Notes: a model not told the origin generated them from the sequence alone. A stretch of 64,000 nucleotides of DNA from an uncultured Alphaproteobacteria bacterium (GCA_963744675.1 CAVUUO010000002.1:8780-72779); one strand, 5' to 3'; shown: positions 1-12,228, counted from the stretch's first letter. Made by a program: numbers and translations.

Positions 1-432
1 ACGCGAACCTTTCACGAATGCAGCCAACTCCGGAACTTTTCCGTCCATCCAGCGGAGGTCTTCAGTTAAACGCGAATATCGCCGCCCGTGCGTTGAACAT
101 AGCCAACAATGGACCTTTCACCGCTATCGGTTCCCGGCACAAAAGCCGGGTTCAATGGACTGTCATCGAGGACTAGACGATTGTGGTTGCGGGCAATCCA
201 ATCATCGATGGTTATACCGTCTGCAAATGAGCGATTTGCTGCCTCTGCCGCGATCGTCGAAGTGATCACAACATCTCGCCCCGTTCGAAAAAGGAGGTCG
301 AGCTGTGACCCAGATGGGTCCGCTTTTGCGAGCGTTATGAGCGTCCCAGAATCAACGACTAGCTTGGCAGATGCACCGCCTTGGTAATTCGCCAAGCCAG
401 TATTGTAACGAAAATCGGGTGTTGCCCGCCAT
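1..432 (-). CDS. PIN-domain (DUF3368/VapC-like) protein, runs off the left edge; apparent indel errors
   Basis: ORF 66-395 has PIN hallmarks LVVDSGTLI, VVITSTIAAEA and DSGERS. Adding one T in the TTT run at ~68-70 continues the frame into VLTEDLRW, the last acidic PIN motif. A GGAGG RBS lies just upstream of the ATG at 432, which is out of frame by indels in G-runs. Confidence 0.6.
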
Positions 433-445
433 CTAGCCCCTCCAA

Positions 446-761
446 TTAAACCGGTAAACCAAGTTCGATTCGAGCGCGACGGCGAACGGCCATTATTAGC
501 GAACCTTCGTGTAAATGTGCGTCAGGTCCGTATTTTTTCTTTACCAAATCCGAGATCAGCATTCCCATTGTAGGAAGCTTTGGTGGATCAAGGGCGGCGT
601 CGCGGTCATCAACGTCTCGTCCCTGTTTTGCCGCATCCGCCAATCTTTTCTCGATCTCCAATTCTCTGTCTTTCAACTCTTCCCACAAGGCAGAGTCTTC
701 GTGAGCAAGCGCTACAAGTTCCGAAATCTGCTCTGGAGTCTATAAATACTGCGCGAACCAT
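446..761 (-). CDS. Small helical hypothetical protein (~104 aa; one apparent extra base near 740); possible antitoxin/immunity partner
   Basis: MVRAVFI (ATG 761) joins TPEQISELVALAHEDSALWEELKDRE... after removing one base. Its stop is immediately followed by the RBS of the PIN gene. Confidence 0.45.
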
Positions 762-1298
762 TGAGTATATCTCTTGCTCAACGTGAGTTGATCTATTGTA
801 ATATCTGCGTTCGCCGCCAAACGAAGCGACGAGTTCGAGGATGCGCAGGTTGCTTCCGCTCTTTCCAAGCCCCACCCCGATCAGTTATCTGCCGACGTCC
901 CAAGCGTGCCGCCCACCGCGTGGTCGGCATTGTAGACAGTTTGAATTGTTCTTTGTCAAAGTCCCCACTTCGCCCCATTCCCGGCCCGGCCGATCTTTGG
1001 TAAAGGATCGGCATTTTTGATTTGGCGGCCCGCTTTACAGAATTCCATGCAGCAGGCAACTTGGAATTGCATTCCTTACACTGATTTTTTCGATCAACCG
1101 GAAGATGCACTGACAACACAGATGAATTCCTTTTCGCGTTGTCCGGATTGCAACAGCTGGAACCTCGATTCGGCGAATTCGCGGGCTCCGTGCAGGCTTA
1201 TAAGCTGCACGCGAGCGGTCCTTGCACGAATTGCGCGTGGATTTTCGTAATGCTCGTTTTATGAATGAGCTTCGGATTATGAGAATCCTGTCGAAGTC

Positions 1299-1391
1299 GC
1301 GCCCACCATCTCACCAAGTGCGTTGAAGCAAGGATGGTGGGCACGCCATCGGGCGCGCATACGCACGACCCACTGGCTTTGCCCACCCTAC
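1299..1391. repeat. GTAG-type REP pair, left arm truncated
   Basis: ATGGTGGGCACGC...GCTTTGCCCACCCTAC (1334-1391) matches the REP at 14192-14309. Only the inner GCGCCCACCAT (1299-1309) of the left arm remains. Confidence 0.75.
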
Positions 1392-1411
1392 GGTCTTTGC
1401 TCGGCGATCAA

Positions 1412-2791
1412 TCACACCGCGTGCGGTACCGCCTCGAAGCGCTTGACCACGATATCGCGCTTGGTCTCATCGACCCGCACGGTCATGTCGAAGCGGCCGT
1501 CGTGCAGCTCCTTGTTGAGCACTTCCGAATTGCGGTGCAGCCAGCTGATGCCGGCGCCATCGGCCGCGTCGATCGACAGGTCCAGCGTCATCCGGGATGC
1601 GGCGAGCCGCTGCTCGATCGCCACCAGCAGCGCATCGATGCCCTCGCCGGTTGCCGCGGAAACCAGAAAACACGGGCGTTCCGGCGGGCGGCGCGCGGCG
1701 ATGTTCTGCAAGTTCTCGCGCTCGTCCGGTGTAAAGCGATCGATCTTGTTCCAGACTTCCAGGATGCGCGCGCCGGCATCGGGGTCGATGCCGAGCTGGC
1801 GCAGTACCGCATCGACGTCGCGCTGCTGGGCGTCGGCGTCTTCGTGCGAGATGTCGCGGACGTGGAGGATGATTTCGGCTTCCATCACCTCTTCCAGCGT
1901 CGCGCGGAACGCCGCCACCAGCTGGGTGGGCAGGTTGGAAATGAAGCCGACGGTGTCGGACAGCATCGCCTTGCCGCCATGCGGCAGGCTCAAGCTTCGC
2001 AAGGTCGGATCGAGCGTCGCAAACAGCATGTCGGCGGCCTGCACCTCGGCGCGGGTCAGGCGGTTGAACAGCGTCGACTTTCCGGCATTGGTGTAGCCGA
2101 CCAGCGCCACCACGCGATACGGCACGCGCTGCCGCCCTGCGCGATGCAGACGGCGGGTGGCCTGGACTTTCTTGATTTCGTTTTCGAGACGAGCGATGCG
2201 ATCGCCGATCAGCCTGCGGTCGGCTTCGATCTGGGTTTCGCCGGGGCCGCCCATGAATCCAAAACCGCCGCGCTGGCGTTCCAGATGGGTCCAGGAGCGC
2301 ACCAGCCGGCTGCGCTGATAGTTCAGATGCGCCAATTCGACCTGCAGCGCGCCCTCCTTGGTTTTGGCGCGGCGGCCGAAGATTTCCAGAATCAGGCCGG
2401 TGCGGTCGAGCACCTTGGTATTCCATGCCTTCTCCAGATTGCGCTGCTGGATCGGCGACAGCGCGCAATCCATCACCACCAGTTCGATCTCGTGCCCGGT
2501 GATGAGGCCGAGGATTTCCTCGACCTTGCCCTTGCCGAGATAGGTGGCGGGCCGGATCTGGCCGACCGGCGCGATGATGGCGTCCGCGATCGTCAGGTCG
2601 ATGGCGCGCGCGAGGCCCTTCGCCTCCTCGAGCCGTGCTTCCGAATTGCGGATGGCATGGGTCTCCGTCGACGCGTCGGGGTCGCCGCGCCGCATCCGCA
2701 AATAAGGGCCGATGACGATCACCCGCCCGGTCTTTAGTCCCCTCGCCGGCCGCGGACGGTCGGCGCCCCCTTCAAGATTTCGGGGTTCCAA
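1412..2791 (-). CDS. hflX: GTPase HflX
   Basis: GGPGETQIEADRR, G1 GYTNAGKST, LFATLDPT, DTVGF, NKID; directly downstream of hfq. Confidence 0.97.
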   Translation of the reverse strand: MEPRNLEGGADRPRPARGLKTGRVIVIGPYLRMRRGDPDASTETHAIRNSEARLEEAKGLARAIDLTIADAIIAPVGQIRPATYLGKGKVEEILGLITGHEIELVVMDCALSPIQQRNLEKAWNTKVLDRTGLILEIFGRRAKTKEGALQVELAHLNYQRSRLVRSWTHLERQRGGFGFMGGPGETQIEADRRLIGDRIARLENEIKKVQATRRLHRAGRQRVPYRVVALVGYTNAGKSTLFNRLTRAEVQAADMLFATLDPTLRSLSLPHGGKAMLSDTVGFISNLPTQLVAAFRATLEEVMEAEIILHVRDISHEDADAQQRDVDAVLRQLGIDPDAGARILEVWNKIDRFTPDERENLQNIAARRPPERPCFLVSAATGEGIDALLVAIEQRLAASRMTLDLSIDAADGAGISWLHRNSEVLNKELHDGRFDMTVRVDETKRDIVVKRFEAVPHAV

Positions 2792-2814
2792 TCAGTTTTC
2801 TTTCAAGGAATTGC

Positions 2815-3063
2815 TCAAGCTGGAGCGTCCTCGCCGCCTTCGAACAACTGGATCGGCGCGCCCGGCATGATGGTCGAGATCGCGTGCTTGTACACAAGCT
2901 GCGAATGACCGTCGCGCCGCAGCAGCAGGCAGAAATTGTCGAACCAGGTGACAATGCCCTGCAGCTTCACTCCGTTGACCAGAAAGATCGTCAGTGGCGT
3001 CTTGGTTTTACGAACGTGATTAAGGAAGGTGTCCTGTAGATTTTGTGCGCGGTCTGCCGCCAT
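2815..3063 (-). CDS. hfq: RNA chaperone Hfq
   Basis: [15 protein letters not shown]...[10 protein letters not shown]...[12 protein letters not shown]; ATG at 3063. Confidence 0.98.
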   Translation of the reverse strand: MAADRAQNLQDTFLNHVRKTKTPLTIFLVNGVKLQGIVTWFDNFCLLLRRDGHSQLVYKHAISTIMPGAPIQLFEGGEDAPA

Positions 3064-3500
3064 TGTTTTTATCCCGCCTTTTTTTATTAAGCCGGCTGCA
3101 GCTCTCTTATGGAGCCTCAACCCGGCTGCCCAGCCTCCCCTGAGATCCCCCTCCGAGGGCCCGGCAGGCACAATTAGACGGCAGGCTAGGTTTTTAGGCA
3201 AGCGCGTTCGCGCGGCGGCCGGGTCAAAGACGCGTGCAATGACGAGCAAAGGCACGAAAGAGAAGGAATTTCTCCGGCGCTGATTTCGCCCTGCGGTATT
3301 AGTGGGCGCGGAGCGCCCTCATGCCCGGTTTAGTTAGCCGAAGGCGCAACCTGCCTCGACCCGGTCGCGAATGACCCAAAGGCGACCTCCTGGTTAAGCG
3401 TTGGGCCCCCACGCGGTTTGTTCACGCGCTGATGGCTCGCGTAATGCTATGAGATTTCACAAGGCTTATTCTCAAGAGGCGTCGTTTAGGGGGGCTAAGA

Positions 3501-4463
3501 ATGAAATCGGCATGGTTGTTTGTCGGGTTTTTTTGCTTGGTATCCGTGTCAGCAGTTTCAACCGAGGCAAGGGCCGAAGGCGACTTCAAAGTGACGCTAT
3601 TGGGCACTGCCTCGCCTGCGCCGCGCCCCACTCGCTATGGACCGAGCACTCTCGTCGAGGTCGGCGGGCAGGTACTGCTATTCGACGCCGGGCGCGGCGT
3701 GCCGATCCGCATGGGGCAGATCAAGGTGCCGGTCGGCAAGATCGACGTAGTATTCCTCACACACTTCCACTCCGACCACGTCTCCGGCATTCCGGATGTC
3801 TGGCTTACCGGATGGCTCGGACCAGTGTTCGGGCGCCGCGCGGCACCCTTCCATGTTGTCGGCCCGACCGGCGCCAAGAACCTGATGACCAACCTCGAAA
3901 AGGCTTACAGTGGCGACATCGCCATCCGCACTATCGACGAAAAGCTTCCGCCGCAGGGCATCGCCATCGCTGTTGACGAGTTCGACAAGGACGGCGTCGT
4001 CTATGAGAAGGATGGTGTGAAGGTGACGGCTTTCGAGGTCGATCATGGCGACGTGATCAAACCGGCTTACGGATACCGCATTGATTACAAGGGGCGTTCG
4101 GCTGTGATATCCGGCGACACACGCTACAATACGAACGTGATCAAGTATGGCACCGGCGTAGACTTGCTCGTGCACGAGGTGGCGCTGGCGCGGCCGGAAT
4201 TGATGACCAACCAGTTTGCTCAGGCCATCATCGCGCACCACACCAGTCCTAAAGACTGCGGGCGCGTCTTCACGCAGGCCAAGCCGAAGCTCGCCGCTTA
4301 CACCCATCTGGTTTTTCTGAGCAGCGAGAAAGTGCCGGAAGCGACGCTGGACGATCTGGTCAAGCAGACGCGTGAGACCTACGACGGGCCGCTCGAAGTG
4401 GGCGAAGACCTGACGTCATTCGAGATCGGCGACACCGTCACGATCACGCGCTGGAAGCAGTAG
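3501..4463 (+). CDS. Exported MBL-fold metallohydrolase, RNase Z/AtsA arylsulfatase-like
   Basis: Sec-type signal peptide, LLGTASP, FDAGRG, THFHSDH, VDH, ISGDT, VHE, HHTS, YTHL motifs. Confidence 0.85.
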   Translation: MKSAWLFVGFFCLVSVSAVSTEARAEGDFKVTLLGTASPAPRPTRYGPSTLVEVGGQVLLFDAGRGVPIRMGQIKVPVGKIDVVFLTHFHSDHVSGIPDVWLTGWLGPVFGRRAAPFHVVGPTGAKNLMTNLEKAYSGDIAIRTIDEKLPPQGIAIAVDEFDKDGVVYEKDGVKVTAFEVDHGDVIKPAYGYRIDYKGRSAVISGDTRYNTNVIKYGTGVDLLVHEVALARPELMTNQFAQAIIAHHTSPKDCGRVFTQAKPKLAAYTHLVFLSSEKVPEATLDDLVKQTRETYDGPLEVGEDLTSFEIGDTVTITRWKQ

Positions 4464-4576
4464 CGATTTGTCTGATATTGGCACACAGCGTCGTTTCGCT
4501 GTTACGCAGCAAGAGGTCTGCCATCGGCATGGCGGACCCTGACACTGTCCGCCCGGCAGATTTATGAATTCACGGC

Positions 4577-5951
4577 CTAGCCGACCCCGAGCGCCTTCAG
4601 CTTGCGGTGCAGCGCCGAGCGCTCCATGCCGACGAATTCCGCCGTGCGCGAGATATTGCCGGAGAAGCGGCTGATCTGGGCGATCAGATAGTCGCGCTCG
4701 AACACCTCGCGGGCCTCGCGCAGCGGCAGGCCCATGATGTGCTCGCCATTGTTGCTGGTCGGCATCGCCGGCACCATCGAGCCGACATCCTGCGGCAGCA
4801 TGTCGGCGGTGATGATCACCTCCGGCCCGCCGCCGGCGAGAATCATCACGCGCTCGACGTTGTTGCGGAGCTGGCGGACGTTTCCGGGCCAGACATGCGA
4901 TTGCAGCACGGCCATCGCGTCCTGCCCGATCTGGCGTTTCGGCAGGCCGGTCGCGGCCGAAATCTGGTCCATGAAATAATTGATCAGTTCGGGAATATCC
5001 TCGCGGCGCTCCGACAGCGGCGGCACCCGGATCGGCACCACACTCAACCGGTGGAACAGGTCCTCGCGGAATCGCCCTTCCGCGATTTCCTCTTCCAGGT
5101 TGCGCGCGGTCGAGGAAACAATGCGGACATCGACGTGAATTTTCGTGGTGCCGCCGGAGCGCTGAAACGTCTGGTCGACCAGCACGCGCAGGATCTTGTT
5201 CTGGGTTTCGCTGCGGCATGTCGGCGATCTCGTCGATGAACAGCGTGCCGCCATGCGCCTCTTCCAGCGCGCCCGGCTTGCGCGCCTGCTCGCCGTTGGA
5301 CTGCTCGATGCCGAACAGTTCGACTTCCATGCGCTCCGGCGTGATCGCCGCGGCATTGATGACGACGAACGGTCCTTCGGCACGCGGAGACGCGTGATGC
5401 AGCGTGCGCGCCGCCAGTTCCTTGCCGGCGCCGGAGGGGCCGACGATCATGATGCGGCTGTTGGCCTTGGCGGCCCGCTCGATGGTCTGGCGAAGCTGGT
5501 TCATGCAGGCGGAGCGGCCCATCAGCGTGCTCGACGACGGCGCAAGCTGCTTCAATTCCTTCACTTCGCGCTTCAGCCGCGATGTCTCCAGCGCCCGCGT
5601 CGCCACCAGGATGAGGCGGTCGGACTTGAACGGCTTTTCGATGAAGTCGTAGGCGCCGCGCTTGATCGCGGCGACCGCGGTTTCGATGTTGCCGTGACCG
5701 GAGATCATCACGATCGGCAGTTCGGGATGGTCGCGCTTGATCGCTTCAAGCAACTGCAGGCCGTCGAGCTTGCTGCCCTGCAGCCAGATGTCGAGAAACA
5801 CCAGATGCGGACGGCGGTTGGAAATTTCCGTCAGCGCCGAATCGCTGTCGCGCGCGGTCCGGGTGGTGAACCCCTCGTCCTCGAGAATGCCCGCAACCAG
5901 ATCGCGGATATCTGCCTCGTCATCGACAATCAGAATATCATTTGTTGCCAT
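4577..5951 (-). CDS. ntrX: Sigma54-type response regulator NtrX (one extra base near 5212)
   Basis: REC domain, AAA+ GPSGAGKE and C-terminal HTH MERSALHRKLK. Frames 4416-5951 and 4577-5383 join at DMP(R)ETQNK. Confidence 0.93.
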
Positions 5952-5969
5952 GGGTCACGCCCTGTCTTG

Positions 5970-8290
5970 TCAATTGCCTGTTGCGGCTTCGATTTTTGGT
6001 TCGTTGTTAGTCGCGCCGGAAGGCTCGGCGGTTTCATCCCTTGATTGCGTCACTTCGTCTTTCGGCTTGTCGTTTGCGTTCGCCGCCTTGCCGGATATGG
6101 CAAAGCGCAGCCGCATCCAGGCTCCCCGCGCGCCCGGCCGGATATCCGCCGCATCGTGGAGTTCGATCCCGCCGCCATGGTCTTCCAGAACCCGGCCGAC
6201 GATCGCGAGCCCAAGGCCGGTGCCCTTCTCGCGGGTGGTGACATAGGGCTCCAGCAGCCGCGACCGGCTCACCTTCGGCAGGCCGATGCCATTGTCGATC
6301 ACGTCGATCACGATGTCATCGCCCTCGCGGGCAGCTACGACCTCGATGCGGCCCTTGCCCAGCGTCTCCGGTGGAACCGCTTCAATGGCTTCGGTCGCGT
6401 TCTTGATGATATTGGTGAGCGCCTGGCTGATCAGCCGGCGGTCGAACTGCGCCCGCAGCGGCTCGTCCTTGATCACCGTCTCGATATCGATCTCGGAATG
6501 TCCGACCCGCATCAGGAACACCACCTGCCGCACGGTGTCGGCGACATCCTCGCCTTCCATCACGGGCTTCGGCATCCGCGCAAAGCGGGAGAATTCGTCG
6601 ACCATCCGCCTGATGTCGTCGACCTGACGCACGATGGTGTCGGTGCACTGCTCGAAGATCGCCTTGTCCTCGGTAATGACTTTTCCGAATTTGCGGCGAA
6701 TGCGTTCGGCCGACAGCTGGATCGGGGTCAGCGGGTTCTTGATTTCATGGGCGATGCGGCGCGCCACGTCGCCCCATGCCGAGGTGCGCTGCGCGGAAAT
6801 GAGGTCGGTGATGTCGTCGAGCGTGATGATGTAGCTGTCCTGCGACTGGCTGGTATGCTCGGCGCTGACCCGGACCGAAAGATTGCGCTCGCGGCCGTCG
6901 CGGGTGATCGTGATCTGGCCCTGCACCAGCCGTTGCGTGCCCTCCCGCGCGGTTCTCATCATGTCGTCGAGCTCGGGAATGATTTCCGACAGCGGATGAG
7001 CCAAGCGTCTCGGATTCCGCGTGGCCGATCAGTTTTTCGGCGGAGCGATTGAGGATGCCGATGCTGCCGGAGGCATCGACGCCGATAATGCCGGCGCTCG
7101 CCGACGACAGCACCGCCTCGATGAAGCGGCGCCGGCTGTCGATCACCTCGCTCGCGCTCACCAGTTCGTCGCGCTGCGTGCGCAGCTCCTGCGTCATCGT
7201 GTTGAAGGTCTCGCCGAGCTGCGCCAGATCGCCCTCGGATTTGAGCACCGGCACCTGCACATTGAGATCGCCGGTCGACACCACATTGGCGGCGCCCATC
7301 AGCCGCCGGATCGGCGCCACCAGCCAGTTGGCGAAATTCAGCCCGATCAGCACCGACGACATCAGGATGGTCAGCGCGATCACCGCGAACATCAGCGCGA
7401 ATGCCACCTGGATGCCGAGCCGGCGCGATTCGATCTGGGCGTAGTCGGCGACGCTGGCCTGGGTCTGCCGCATCTGGGCGACCACGCGCGGATCGAGCAG
7501 CCGCGCGACATACAGGAACGTGTCGTTGAATGCGCGCAGGCGAATGACACGCGGCGACGTAATTCGCCTCGATCACGATCTCCGGCTCGGTTTCGTTGAA
7601 GTCCTTGAGGAACTCCGGCGGCGGCTTGCTGAAATCCTGCTGGATGCCGGTTTGCGCGGTTTCCAGAACGTTGGCTTCCTTGTCGAGCAGCATCGCACCC
7701 GGAAGATTGCGCGCGGCCGCACTCGCCGTCAGCATCTCGCGAAACGACCTGCGGTCCTGGTCGAACAACGGCCGCGCATTGGCGATATCGTTCGCCATCC
7801 CCAGGATGTCGCCGCGAATGAGCTGGGCGTTTTCGTTGAGATAGGCGCTGGCGACGATCAGCGAGTTCTCGATCGCCGCCTTGGTGGTTCCGGAAAACAG
7901 CCGGTCGAGGCCGCGATCGATGGTGACGTTGGCGACGATCGACACCAGCACGGCCGGCAGCACCGCGATCACCGAAAACAGGCTGACGATCTGAACATGC
8001 AGCCGTGCCGCGGCACGCCCGCGACGGCGCGCCTGCACCAGCTGCCAGACTTCGCGGACGATGATGCCGACCAGCAGCAGAATGGTGGCGGCGTTGATCA
8101 GCAGGAAAGACACCACCACGTCGCGTGTGGGCTCGATCGGGGTCAGGCCGGTGAGCACCACGAAGGTGAGACAGGCCGACAGCAGCGCGAAGCCGACCGC
8201 AAACGGCGCCAGCAGCCTGCGCAGCGGCCGGCTGCGCGGCTCGACGAACGACGGATCAAACGATGGGGCCGACGTGTCTGCGCTGGTCAT
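5970..8290 (-). CDS. ntrY: Sensor histidine kinase NtrY (extra bases near 7550 and 7000)
   Basis: TM segments, HAMP, PAS, H-box [12 protein letters not shown], HATPase GTGLGL; three ORF fragments join by removing single bases. Confidence 0.93.
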
Positions 8291-8462
8291 TCCGGAACAG
8301 GTGAGCGTGAAAGCGGTGCCGTCTGTCGGGTAGCCGACAGCCGGACTGATGCATTCATATCACAATGTTGCCGAATTGCGACTAATCCGCGGCACATTTT
8401 CCCGGCGTCAGCCGGTCGCATGCGCTGGCTGTTCCGAAAGCCGCTGGACCCCGCAGACCGCA

Positions 8463-9907
8463 TCAGCTCGCCGGTGCGGTACACCTGAATATCCAGATCG
8501 CGGATTTTCTTGCGCAGGGTGTTGCGGTTGAGGCCGAGCAGATCGGCCGCCCGGATCTGGTTGCCGCGGGTCGCCGCCAGCGCCGCCGTGAGCAGCGGCA
8601 CCTCGATTTCCCGCAGGATCCGATGATACAGGCCCGGCGGCGGCACGCCGTTCGGAAAGCTGGAAAAGTGCGAGGACAGATAGACTTCGACCGCGCCGCC
8701 GAGATTATCGACGCCGTGATGCGCGCTGCCGCCGGAGACGACCGCGGGCGGCGCCAACTCGCCGTCGATCACCGAGCCGGTGATCACGTCCTGCGGATAC
8801 AGCGCAGCCAGCCGGCGCGCGAGATTTTCAAGTTCGCGCACATTGCCGGGCCAGCGATGCTGTTTCAGGCGCTCCAGCGCCAGGGTGTCGAGCTTTTTCG
8901 GCGGCAGTCCGTCCTTTTCGGCCAGCGCTAAAAAAGTGCCGGATCAGATCGGGCAGATCCTCGATGCGCTCGCGCAGCGGCGGCAGCCGCAGCGGCACGA
9001 CGTTGAGGCGGAAGAACAGATCTTCGCGGAACAGGCCCTGCTGAATCAGGATGCGCAGATCCTTGTTGCTGGCCGCGACGATGCGCACGTCGGTCTTGAT
9101 CGGCGTGCGGCCGCCGACCGTGGTGTATTCGCCCTGCTGCAGCACGCGCAGCAACCGCGTCTGCGCTTCCATCGGCATGTCGCCGATTTCGTCCAGGAAC
9201 AGCGTGCCGCCTTCGGCCTGTTCGAACCGGCCGGAGGCGCGGGTGTTGGCGCCGGTGAAGGCGCCGCGTTCATGGCCGAACAATTCCGACTCGATGAGAT
9301 CGCGCGGGATCGCCGCCATGTTGACCGCGACGAACGGCCCGTTGCGCCGCTTGCCATAGTCATGCAGCGCGCGCGCGACCAGTTCCTTGCCGGTGCCGGA
9401 CTCGCCGGAGATCATCACGGTGAGGTCGGTCTGCATCAGGCGCGCCAGCACGCGATAGATTTCCTGCATCGCCGGCGAGCGGCCGACCAGCGGGATGGAG
9501 TCGAATTCGGCCTCGTCGGCGTGATTGGCGACGCGCTCCTTCGGCTCGGCCAGCGCGCGGCCGACGATGGCGATCAATTCCTTCAGGTCGAACGGTTTTG
9601 GCAGATATTCATATGCGCCGCGTTCCGACGCGCGGATCGCCGTCATGAAGGTGTTCTGCGCGCTCATGACGATGACCGGCAGATTGGGCCGCATCTTCTT
9701 GATCCGCGGCAGCAGGTCGAACGCGTTCTCATCGGGCATCACCACGTCGGTGATGACGAGATCGCCCTCCCCCTGGCTGACCCAGCGCCACAACGTCGCC
9801 GCGTTTCCGGTCAGGCGCACCTCATATCCGGCGCGGGAAAGCGCCTGATTGAGAACCGTGCGGATGGCGGTGTCGTCATCGGCGACAAGAATGCTACCTG
9901 CGGGCAT
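8463..9907 (-). CDS. ntrC: Nitrogen regulator NtrC (extra bases near 8930 and 8468)
   Basis: [17 protein letters not shown], Fis-type [13 protein letters not shown]. The natural end VYRTGG-stop is restored by removing one base. Confidence 0.95.
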
Positions 9908-9916
9908 TGTTATTCC

Positions 9917-11093
9917 TCATCTTCTGTCCTGTGAGGCAAGCGACGACGGTCCCGGCACGTCGTCGCCATTGCTTTGTTCGAGTTTCTTGGCGGTGTTGAA
10001 CATCGGCAGCAGCACGCGGAAAATGGTTTTGCGCGGCTGCGATTCGCATTCGATGATGCCGCCGTGATCGCCGACGATCTTGGCGACCAGCGCGAGGCCG
10101 AGCCCGCTGCCGGTCGCCTTGGTGGTGACGAACGGATCGAACAGGTTCGGCAGCAGATCCTCCGGCACGCCGGGGCCGTTGTCCTTGACGCAGAATTCCA
10201 GCGGCAGCGACACCCGCGATTTCTTTCCGGGGATCGACAGGCGGACGCCCGGCCGGAACGCGGTGGTGAGCTGGATTTCGCCGTCGCTGCCGAGATCGAC
10301 CACGGCCTCGGCGGCGTTCTTCACCAGATTGAGAAACACCTGGATCAGCTGGTCCTGGTTGGCCAGCACCGGCGGCAGCGATGGATCGTAGTCCTCGACG
10401 AAGCGGATGTTGCGCGCAAAACCGGACTGCGCGAGCCGTTTGACGTGATCGAGCACCGAATGAATGTTGACGGGACCGCGCGCCACCGGCCGGTCGTCGC
10501 CGAACACTTCCATGCGATCGACCAGCGTGACGATGCGGTCCGCCTCGTCGCAGATCAGCCGGGTCAGCATGCGGTCTTCCGAGGATGCCGCCTGTTCGAG
10601 AAGCTGCGCCGCGCCGCGAATGCCGGACAATGGATTCTTGATCTCGTGCGCCAGCATCGCAGCCAGCGCGATCACCGAGCGCGCCGCACTTCGATGCGTC
10701 AATTGCCGGTCCATCTTGTCGGCGATGGTGCGCTCCTGCAGCATCACCACGATATGGCCCGGCCGCTCGGTCAAGCGGCGCGACATGCAGGTCGACCTGG
10801 CGGTCGCCGCCGATCCGCGGCGTGCCGAGATCGACCTTGTATTCGTTGACCGGCGAGCCGCTCGAGCGCACCTGATCGATCAGCGCCAGCAGCGGGCTGC
10901 CGAACGGCACCAGTTCCTTCAGCGACTGGCGGCGCAGAAACTGCGTCGAAATCTCGAAAAAGGATTCCGCGGCCATGTTGGCATCGACGATCTTGCCGTC
11001 GGGCGCGACCAGCAGCACCGGATTTGGCAGCGCGTTGAGAATGGCATCGCCATCCGATGGCGGCGGACGGCGATGTTCTGCGGCTGATGTCAT
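9917..11093 (-). CDS. ntrB: Nitrogen regulation histidine kinase NtrB (extra base near 10775)
   Basis: PAS domain, [25 protein letters not shown]; ATG overlaps the dusB stop (ATGA). Confidence 0.94.
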
Positions 11094-12126
11094 GCGGCAG
11101 CGCTCCATGCAAAGTCGCCAAATGCATCATGCAGAGAACGATGCACGCCGTTGGGATCCTCGGCCGTCAAAATCCTTTGCCGCCAGGATTTGAGAACAGC
11201 CGCCGGCGCACAGCTGACTTTCGCCGCCACGTCCAGCGCCCAGCCGAGATGCTTTCGCGCATGGCGAAGCCCGATGCGCAGGCCGTAATGGCTGACGACT
11301 TCGTCGTAGAGCGTGCAGACGTATTTCAGCTGATCGGCCAGCGTCGGCGCGGCTTCCGCGATTCCGGTCTCGCAGGCGGCGTCCGATCTGGCCCGGCAGC
11401 CATGGCTGGCCCTGCGCGCCCCGCCCGACCATCACCGCGTCGGCGCCGGACATTTCGAGCGCGGTAACGGCCTTCTCGTAGGATGTGATGTCGCCGTTGA
11501 CCACGAGCGGAATGTTGATCGCGTCCCTGACCGCGCGCACCGCGCTCCAGTCGGCCTCGCCCTTGTAGAACTGGCACCGCGTGCGGCCGTGAACCGTGAT
11601 CAGCTGCACGCCCGCGGCTTCCGCGCGCCGCGCCAGTTCGGGCGCGTTGAGCGAGCGGTCGTCCCAGCCCAGCCGCATCTTCAACGTCACCGGCACTTTC
11701 ACAGCCGAGATCGTCGCCTCGATCAGCTTCAGCGCATGATCGAGATCGCGCATCAGCGCCGAGCCGGATTGACCGCCGGTCACATGGCGCGCCGGGCAGC
11801 CCATATTGATGTCGATGATGTCGGCGCCGGCGGCTTCCGCGATGCGCGCGCCTTCCGCCATCCAGTGCGTTTCGCAGCCCGCGAGCTGAACGACGTGAGG
11901 CCCGATGCCTGTGGCCTCGCATCGCAGCACCGACATCGGCCGGCCATGGACGAGATCGTCGCTGGCGGTCATTTCGGAAACGACCAGGCCCGCGCCAAGC
12001 GAAGCTGCAAGCCGCCGAAACGGCGCGTCGGTAACTCCCGACATCGGCGCCAGCAAGACCCGGTTAGCGACCTCGATATCGCCAATTTTCAGCGGCTTGT
12101 GTGAGAGAGGCTACCGGGCCGGTCAC
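11090..12126 (-). CDS. dusB: tRNA dihydrouridine synthase DusB/NifR3 (extra bases near 12105 and 11370)
   Basis: [35 protein letters not shown]; the corrected C-terminus contains ARKHLGW; first gene of the nifR3-ntrBC operon. Confidence 0.93.
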
Positions 12127-12183
12127 GGAATTTCTCGGTTTTGTGACAACCGCTTCATTGCGGCTGCCGCGCGCACAATTCTG

Positions 12184-12228
12184 CGCACATTTCTTGGGCA
12201 GTCAAGTTTCATGCCTACACTTTAGACA
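12184..12228. promoter_or_regulatory. Two putative NtrC-binding sites upstream of dusB-ntrBC
   Basis: CGCAC-N7-GGGCA (12184-12200) and TGCCT-N7-AGACA (12212-12228) resemble the TGCAC-N7-GTGCA consensus; the position fits autoregulation. Confidence 0.5.
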
